A stretch of DNA of 57,992 nt, the filler included, from Jimgerdemannia flammicorona (lineage: Eukaryota): the NCBI GenBank assembly GCA_003990765.1. It is 3 parts of 3 records of this genome, joined end to end, with 100 filler letters (N's around TTAATTAATTAA, not from the genome) between each part and the next. Parts side by side here need not be neighbours in the genome. Positions count along the whole stretch, not along the records: positions 38,742 to 57,992 come from RBNJ01001989.1; 2 more parts are not named here. One strand, given 5' to 3'. The translations under genes and the position numbers were made by a program. Below are positions 49,701 through 57,992 of this stretch, one piece after another. How positions within the stretch are numbered: position 1 is the stretch's first letter; the number at the start of each line of letters is the position of its first letter. The notes beneath the pieces were generated by a model. The model worked only from the letters and a program-made list of their open reading frames with translations. It made no database searches and was not told the origin of the DNA.

Positions 49701-52700
49701 TTGTAGATGGCAATTTTTCTTTCATCTGAGAGATTCCTCAGGGCTGTAATTCCTTCAATTCCATCAAGGAATTCTCTGGGGTCTTCCTCTGGGTATCCTG
49801 CAAAGGTTGGCAATGAGGTGGTCATTTCATTATCACTTTCCTCTGATTCTGGTTCTGGTCTAGATTCTGATTCTGATTTGCTTTCTGAGCTGTCACTGGA
49901 GATAAGAGTGCTTGGGTATCCTGAAGATGGTATTCTAGACCTTGGATAAAGTGGAATGAGCCTAAGTATTTTTTTTTTTTTTTTTTTTTTTAATAGTCAC
50001 TTGGACTCCACTATTTATTACTCATCTATTAATAATTTTACAGTTTACCCTCACACTACCCGATCTCCATAGGGGTGCTACTCCTTCTACCTATATGAAC
50101 AAAGACCACCTTCTCACCTACAACACCAACCCTCCCCCCACTCTGCCTACAGATTTGTTCTACCAAGCAATGCCTTCAACCCCCCTTCAACCCCCAACCA
50201 AGCCACCAGCCCATCAAGGTATCTTCCATAAGGCTACGCCACCTCATCAGCCTGACCTCGGAGCCAAGTTTTCTCCCATCCTCAAAAACAAATAACCAGT
50301 GACTGGCCAGCCCTACCCAAATAGCCAAAGCCCAACCTAATGTCAGCCATTCCTTTCCCACCCCCCCCTCCAGTCTGTCCCTTAAATCCTCCCATTGCTC
50401 CTGCATATCAGCTCCCCTACACACTACTCCCAGAAGATCCCCAATGTTCTGCCAAAAGGTACTAAGTACCTCACACTCTCCTAGCCAATGTTCAGACATC
50501 TGTATATATCCCCCTTCCTGCTCCACATTATAATACTCTTCAAAGTCGAAGCAGTCTCCCTCGATAAGGTGACCAGAGCGGAAGTTGAGTATGACATTTT
50601 ACCTCAGCACATACCACCAGACCACCTAGTACTTCAGTGGTAGCCACCTCCTCACCTTGGTACTCTAGGCCTAAATACTATATCAGTTCCATTTCTCGCC
50701 AATTTCTACACCCTGCCAACTGCTAGGCCACAGATCCTGGCCTGATCCCCATTGGCATTTGATCCCATCATCAATATCAAACTCAATTAAGGGAATGTCA
50801 CCTAGTAATACTCGATCCTACCTCCACATTGCTGGGTCCCAAGTCTCCTCTCCTTTATTTCTCTGCCACCTAATGCCAATACAGTGCACCCCCTCTGCCA
50901 CTCCCCACCAGAAGCCTTTATATTGCAATTGTCTAGAGTTCTGAAGGCCCACAAGTGCTAGGAGATCACCAGTCAAACCCCTTGGAGAGGACCTCATCTC
51001 CCAGACTTTCTACAGTAGAGAAACCCAACTACCCCCTCTTAACTCCACTGCTCTCTTCAGCCACCATGCTCTTAAGCAGTATAGCCTCTTAGAAAAGTCA
51101 ACCAGCCCAAGTCCCCCACTTGTCACTGGTAAAGACAAGACCTCCCAGTTGATCTGACTCCACCTTCTAGCCCAGATCCACTCCTTGGCCAACTTCAACA
51201 GTCTCTTCACCACCCAGGCTGGAAAGTCCAGATAATAAGTCAGATACTACACCTTTGACAGCCAATAGATGTTCAGAATTGAAATGCGTCCTGCCAGAGA
51301 TAATTGATGGCCCCCCCAACTCTGCAGGGCCTCCTTCCAAATACCAACTCACTGCTCCTACCAAAGTCTGGACAGAACCGACCCATATACTGACAGATAG
51401 ATATCCAAGTACCATACCACCTCACCAGTAGAGACAATTGTACCAATAATCTCCCTGCCTACTAGACCATTGCCTAACACCATTGTTTTGCACTTATGCC
51501 AATTAAGCCTAGCCCCAGAGTTTACCTCATACCACTCCACTATTTTCTTGAGCTTCTTAACATCCGCAACTGATCCCAGACCAACCACCATGTTATCTGC
51601 AAATGTCTCTACTTTCTACCTGATGCCAAAGATAGAGAGCCCAACTATCTTCTGCCTGATTCTATCCATGAAGGGCTCCAGCAACAAAGTGTACAAAATG
51701 GGGGACAGTGGGTCTCCCTGGGGCACCCCTCTACTCAGGGGAAATGCTATCCCTCTATATCTATTACACATGAGCGCTACCCTACTTCCTTCCAGTAGGC
51801 TGACCATAGTGGTCCTGAACTGTTGCAGGACCCCAATTCTATCCAAAACTTTCACTAGCCAGATCCATCGCACTCAGTTATAAGTCTTCTCCTGGTCCAA
51901 AAAGACCAGATGCCCATCCAGTCCACTGGCTCATGCCCCTTCAATAACACCATGCACTCATGCTGTGCTATCCCTGATGATCTGGCCTCCAACAAAGCCC
52001 CGCTGCTCCTCACTCAAGACTTGCTAGACTACCTTTTGCAACCTTGCGACCACCACTTTAGTAACCAACTTTCTGTCCATATCCAGTAGCATAATCAGCC
52101 TCCAGTTCTTTCAGTCCTCTCAGCTTCCTTTGTTCTTATAAAGCAATGTCACCAGCCCTAGATTCTGTTCTCCCACCCATCTCCCCATCTGTAGAATCCA
52201 GTCACACAGTGCCATCACCTCTCTCAGTATTCCAGGGACTCCTACCATCCTTTTCCAGAAGTCCCAGGAAAGACCATCCTCCCCAGATATGTACCATACC
52301 CAAGGTTGTTGTGGCAAGAACCTGGTGGATCTCCTCCTCTAGCACTGACAGAACTAAGTCACCCAACCCATCTGCTTGGGTAGGGTACCAATTCTCCAAT
52401 GCTTGATCAATGTCCTCAGCATCCACCCCACCCTCCTCCTCACTCCACAATCTACTCCAATGCTCCAATGCTCCTTTAACAATCCAAGAATGTCTTGTAC
52501 CCCATGTACCAATAAACCATTGGTATTAAGCACCCCCTCCTACCTTTGCTACACCCTTCTCGCCTAAAGGGCTCTTGTAAGAAACTTTGAGAGCTGCTCT
52601 CCTTCCTCTAGCCCCTGTCAATAAAGCCATGCTGCCAGACCCTGGACCCTTACCTCTTCCTTATTCTGCAGCACCTATTGTAGTTCAGCCACCTCCATTC

Positions 52701-55700
52701 ATAACCTTATCAATCGCCAGTTCTCCTCTCCCTCCAATGTCGCCAGTCTTGTTCAGTCCTCCAAGAGTCTAGATAGTCTACTAGATGCCCACCACACCCA
52801 CTGCCTCCTCTGTCTCCCTGCCTCCATACCAGCCTCACTCCAGAAGGCCCTGGCCATCTCCTTCATCCTCAGCCACTGAATATCAACTGGGACATCTTCC
52901 TGCCTCCAGCACTCCACCTGTAGTTGAATGACTTCAGCCTATTTATCTCATCAGATCTTATCATCTAGTAAGGAGAAATTGAGATACCAATGTCCAGGCC
53001 TATCCCCACTCTCCCCAAAATGTCCCTGCTCTAAAAGCCCCCAATGATCTGACCAAGGACACCATTCTACCTCCAGTGACTTCCAAACATCCAAGCCCCA
53101 GCAGCTGGCTATCAGAATCCAATCAATCCTTGTCCCCAGGCCCCTGGCCCAGTGCATATACACCCTCCTATTTCCCCAACATTCTCTATCCACATCTACT
53201 AGGGCACTCAGTCTTTCCACTTCCTCCTATGCTGCCAGTCCTCCACTCTGACCCACAGCTCCTCATCCTCCATCAGTTCTATCCCTCAATATGTCTTGGA
53301 CCATATTGAAGTCCCCACTGAGCACATCCACCCCAACCTCTGCAAGAATTCCACTCTCTTATAGGCCTGTCACCCAATTCACCCATTTGCCCCATACTGC
53401 AGAGCAGTAACAGGAGCCCACCATGACTGGCTCCCAACCTGTGCATATCTACTCTCTCCAGACCAATCTATTCCCCCAGCTCTGCATATTCCATATCTCC
53501 CCTCTGCCCTTCTGCACCAGGATTCCAACCTTGCCCTTCCAAACTGCCTCACCTCCCCACTCTTTTATCCATTCTAGTCTATCCAAGTCATCCTCACATC
53601 TGACATCCTGCAAGAGGAAGAGATCAGCCTCCAATCCCTTCAGCTAAGTAAAAATGTTCTTATGTTGAAAAGTACCCCATAACCCATTCACATTCAAAGA
53701 AAAAATGTTGGTTGTACTATTCATAAGGGAAATTATATAGTTTCAGATGCATCCTCTACTGCTCCATATCCACTTCCTCCTGTACTCTATCCATGTTGTA
53801 CTCAGTAATAGCTTCTGCTTCCTCAGTCCTCTTAGTCTCCAATTTAGCCAGGATCTCAGCCATCTCCCCATCCTCCTTTTCCTCAAACTCCTCATAGTAC
53901 TCCAAGCAAGCCTCTTGCCAGAGCTGTAGTTCATACCTCTTAGTCCAACAGTGGGCCGCCCACTCACCCACCACAACTGCCAGAGCAGCTTCCCTCTCCT
54001 TATCTACCTCATACCCCTCCTTCTCTAAGTATACTGCCAGAATTTCGGCCTTCAATACTGCCACCACTCCATTGCCCTGCAGGATTCTTGCCTAATGCTC
54101 ATCGCTCATCACTTGGAGGTTGACTTCCCTCAGCTCTTCTGCCACCAAGTTATTCATCATCCAGTATACTCAGAGCAAGTTTCCCACCTCCTTCCCTTCT
54201 GGGGTCACTGGTCTCCCTCTATCCAACATCATAGTATCAGCCCCTATACTCACTGACTCATTCCATCCCTCCTCTGGGATATCCACCAATTTCTCTTCCC
54301 CAGTTGCCTCTACCAATCCCCCCTTCTCCACATTTGGAACTCCAAAGTGCACCTGCTGAGCACCATGCATTGGCACATCCTCCACCACCCTACCTCTCAC
54401 CACTGGACCCCTTCTGATGAGAGGAGAGGGTAAAGGTGAATCCTCCCAGGTTTCCTCCCAAACCTCCAGTATGCCATCTTCATATGGATTCTTGCTCAGT
54501 ACCTTCTTGGCCTCCACCTGTCCCCCCTCCTCATTCCTTCCACTACTAGTAGTCCAGACACTTGCCTCAGCACCTCCAGTAGTTGCACTATCACTTGTCT
54601 TCCTCATTGCCTTCACTCCCATTTTTGCCAACAATTCTCTCTGCCTTCTGTGCCCTTGGGACCTCTCCCACACCTCCTTGTTGATGCGGACTCGCTTCTC
54701 TCCAACTATCTCAAGATGTGTCACCTTCTTGAATATCTTCCATGCTTTTGCCCTCCTCTCCACTGCTCCACTCAACTCCTCTAGTACTTCCAGCAAATTC
54801 TCCTCCTCCTTCTCACTCCCCTTTACTCTCATCACCTTGCACAAGAAAGCCCCCCACACCATCACTGAGGGCCAGTCCCAAGTCTTCCTGGTAGCCTCCC
54901 ACCCAGCCAACCAAATCCTGATATCAATATCCCCTGTCTGGAGGGAGATTCCTTTCCACACTCTGAACCCAATATCAACCACCTCTCCATACTCTGCCAT
55001 GATCTCCTTGACTCTCTTTCTCATCTCTACAGCAGTAACAGTGGGGACTCCTTTCACCAGAAGCTGTACTACTCTCGGGTCCCACCACAGGCATCTCACT
55101 ATTGGTATGCACACCTCGCCCACTTTCATCCCAGCCTTCAAAGCCTCCTCCAGTGGTCCAGTCTCCTCAAATCCCACCTCCACCCCTTCTAGGCCCTTCA
55201 GGAACTTAACAGATGCTGCACCACTCATCTGCTTTGCGATCAGTCCCAGAACCATTTTTGCCATCACCACCAAGCCCTAGAAATACATCATAACTGCAAA
55301 TTTCAAGATCAACTTCTTGAGTAATGGAGCCACTGCCAGTCCCATTATACCATCCACCAGGTCTCCAGGCCTCATGCCCTTCCTACTGCTCAGCTCACCA
55401 TCAGCAGTCCTATTTAGATTTTTTTCCAGATCACCTATCACACCCCCATCAGCAGTCCCCACCTCAGCCACTACCTCCTCAGCTCTACCCCTATGGCCCT
55501 CCAGAGAGGTACTCCTACTAGGTTACTGCCTTGTAGCCCTCACCAGCACCTTCCCCCCCCTCAGCCAGCTCTCCAGTCCAGCTCCCTGCTGACCCCCCTT
55601 CACCTTCTCTACAAAGCTTATTCTGCTAGACCCTTGACCTCCAGCTCTGCCCCCTCCTCCATTATGTCCTCCCACCAGCAGGCCCCTCATACTTTCCCCC

Positions 55701-57840
55701 AAGCCAGGGCCTCTCCCCACTTACTGCCATTCAAATGCTCCAAGGCCACCCTGCCCAGTATGCACCTCAGAATGCTCATTGGTTGCTATGATACTAGTAG
55801 CCTGTCTCTAGAAACTGTGTCAAAAGTGTTGCCAAAAGATTGTATAACCTGAATGTTACTGGAGAAAAGATGTTGGAGCCTAAGTATTCTTGTAGGAGCT
55901 ACTTCTAATTCTGCAAAGGCTGGTAGTAAAGATTCTATTAGTGAGATTGATGAGACTGATATGGGATATCTATCTGTAAGATCTTAAGCTTATATAATAA
56001 GATCTTCTAGTTCTTGTATAAGTTCTTCAAAATCTCCAACAAGGTCATCTGTGTTGTCTGATTGATCTGGTTAGAGATTTCAGACTATACTAGTTTCTGG
56101 TTCTGGTTGAGATCCTTCTGATACTAGATAGTTGGCAAGTCTCAATATGATTACTTCTCTTCCTGTCTAGATACTGATGATAACTAGTTCTCTTATAGTA
56201 GTAGAGATTGGTATTGTATCAAATGTATCCAGTTTGACTTTGGGTTTTTGTAAGCTGAAAAGTCATGTTGATTTTGAAATCTTCTCAGTTAAGCCCTCAA
56301 ATGTAATGTACCTAGCTCAATGGAGGTAAATTACAAGGTTGGAATTAATGTAGTTTGGCTTGAGCTCCCAGTTACTTTGTCAAAAGCAATAAAATATTCT
56401 TAGTATTTAGTAGTATAATAGTCAAAGCTGGATATCTGTAAGCAGTTTCCTTATTTAGATGGTTCTCTAGATGTAGCAGTGATTTGTATATCTTTTCCTT
56501 CTTGGATCAACTGGGAATTGGTAGAATTTCCTATATAGTGCAAGCAGTTTCCTTATGTGAGACAATCTGGCAATTTGGTGGTTCTCCTTATATGATTTCT
56601 GCATGATAATCTTATGTAGCATGACAATCTCTGTATGTGATAGTCTGGGGATTTAGTGGTTCTCCTTCTTGAGTAGTGATCTCCAAAAGTATACAATTTC
56701 TGATAGATGACTTGATTTAGATACAGCTTCTCTGAAATAGCAGCTTACTGGGAATTATGCTAGCAGCAGATTCTTCTGTATTAGGCTCACTAAGAACAAA
56801 TAACTCAGATATCACAGAAACTTAGATGGTATAAATTGGGCTCTTCTGGGAATAATAACTCAGGTGGTACAGATTTTTCTCAAATCAGTGGCTTCAACTG
56901 GAAAATAGCTCAGATGGTGTGGATAACTCAGATATCATAGATTCTTTCTAAATCAGTAGCTTCAACTGGGAATATGAACAACTGACAGCTTTTTGGGAAA
57001 GAGTCTCTTGGTAAAGTTATATCAAAGACTGGCTTCATTTGTACAAATAGATTCACTGTAAAGTTATATCAGAAACTGGCTTGAGCAAGACAGCTTTCTT
57101 TTAGACTTTCTGAGAATGTGGAGAATAACTTAGAAATAGTAGTGAAGTTCTTCAAGCTTATCTGACAAGCAAACCAAAAATATAACAAACTCTTCTTTGT
57201 ATCAGAAAGTAGATCAGAGTAGAAAGAGGAACCAATGCTTATAATCTCCTAGCAGTGACTATAGAGTGGGCATTTCTTCTAAGTGTTGCAATCCTTTCTG
57301 AATCAAGTGGCTTTTGGCAGATGTATCCCTTAAAGTATAAAAGACAGACTTGTCTTTTGCTTTGAATTTGGACTTTCAGACTGAGGTTTATTTACTCTTA
57401 TCTCTGGGGTATTTTATACAAGTTGGTTGCTATCTGGTTACTATATAGCTAACTATAGATTTGCTATTTATAGCAAGTTATACAGATCTAGTATAAGTGT
57501 GCAGATCCAGTACAGGTATGCAGGTCTTGTACAGATATATCTTTTCTAGTAGTCTGGCTATTTATATACTTTTCTATAACAATAGTTGCTGTATCTGATT
57601 ACTATACTGTATATTTATATTATCTGACTAAGTTACTAATTGTTTACATCATCTGGCTAAGACATAATTTGGGTGGTACATTTTTGGTATATCACACTAG
57701 TTTGTATAGCTTGAAAATAATATTCTGAGTTTCTTTACTTCTAGATATTTTATTTATATATATAAGATAATTCTGAATAGTAAGGTTTAGTATATAGGCC
57801 TGATAATATATATGGTAGTTTTCTGTACTAAAGGTCATAT
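46701..57840 (-). mobile_element. Third Gypsy-like element (LTR/leader, gag, ZnK, protease, extra domain), split by a LINE
   Basis: LTR end ...TACA at 56302 followed by PBS-like tttgagggcttaactgag, gag 56250-55889 + 49970-48900, VQCFHCR*FRHYTTEC ~48930-48975 and LDTGVA ~48265-48282. Outer LTR end uncertain. Confidence 0.7.
49971..55875 (-). mobile_element. Full-length (~5.9 kb) L1/Tx1-like LINE, mutated
   Basis: 13-bp TSD gagcctaagtatt (49958-49970, 55876-55888), poly-A tail, ORF1 ~55789-53743 and ORF2 from 53724 with EN, RT and Cys/His motifs. Confidence 0.95.
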
Positions 57841-57843
57841 TTT

Positions 57844-57845
<2 letters not shown>

Positions 57846-57877
<32 letters not shown>

Positions 57878-57992
57878 ATTTTTTTTTTTTTTTTTTTTTT
57901 TATTTTTTTTTTTAAATTTTAAAAAAATTTTTATTTTTTTTATTTTTTTTTTTTTTTTTTTATAGTCACTTGGACTCTGTCTTTTTTTCCAG
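57846..57992 (-). mobile_element. 3' end of another LINE copy (long poly-A tail)
   Basis: Long T-rich tract followed by the family tail tatagtcacttggactc. Confidence 0.85.

Noticed and set aside
54417..55280. Long Ser/Pro/Thr-rich plus-strand ORFs (also 25686-26429, 43065-43670)
   Set aside because: Antisense shadows of the G-rich LINE ORFs.

Overview
Eukaryotic, probably fungal, genomic DNA made of three contigs joined by N44-TTAATTAATTAA-N44 linkers. The TPR style and TE repertoire suggest an early-diverging lineage such as Mucoromycota (inference only). The first ~2.4 kb is CpG-normal: the 5' exons of an intron-containing PIF1-family helicase (minus strand) and a broken TPR-repeat pseudogene. 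From ~2410 onward the window is a nest of transposons riddled with C>T/G>A transitions. It holds several Ty3/Gypsy LTR retrotransposons (two with dUTPase in different positions), long LTRs carrying ORF remnants, about nine L1/Tx1-like LINE copies, hAT-type MITEs and a 6.7-kb hAT transposon with a perfect 8-bp TSD. The most notable observation is a second, convergent, intron-containing gene inside that hAT. Once transitions are reverted, its C-terminus reads as a TET/JBP-like 2OG-Fe(II) dioxygenase (HxD...GGG...HGT). This is a candidate transposon-borne anti-silencing enzyme in a genome that heavily mutates cytosines in repeats. All protein calls are by-eye motif recognition and need HMM confirmation.
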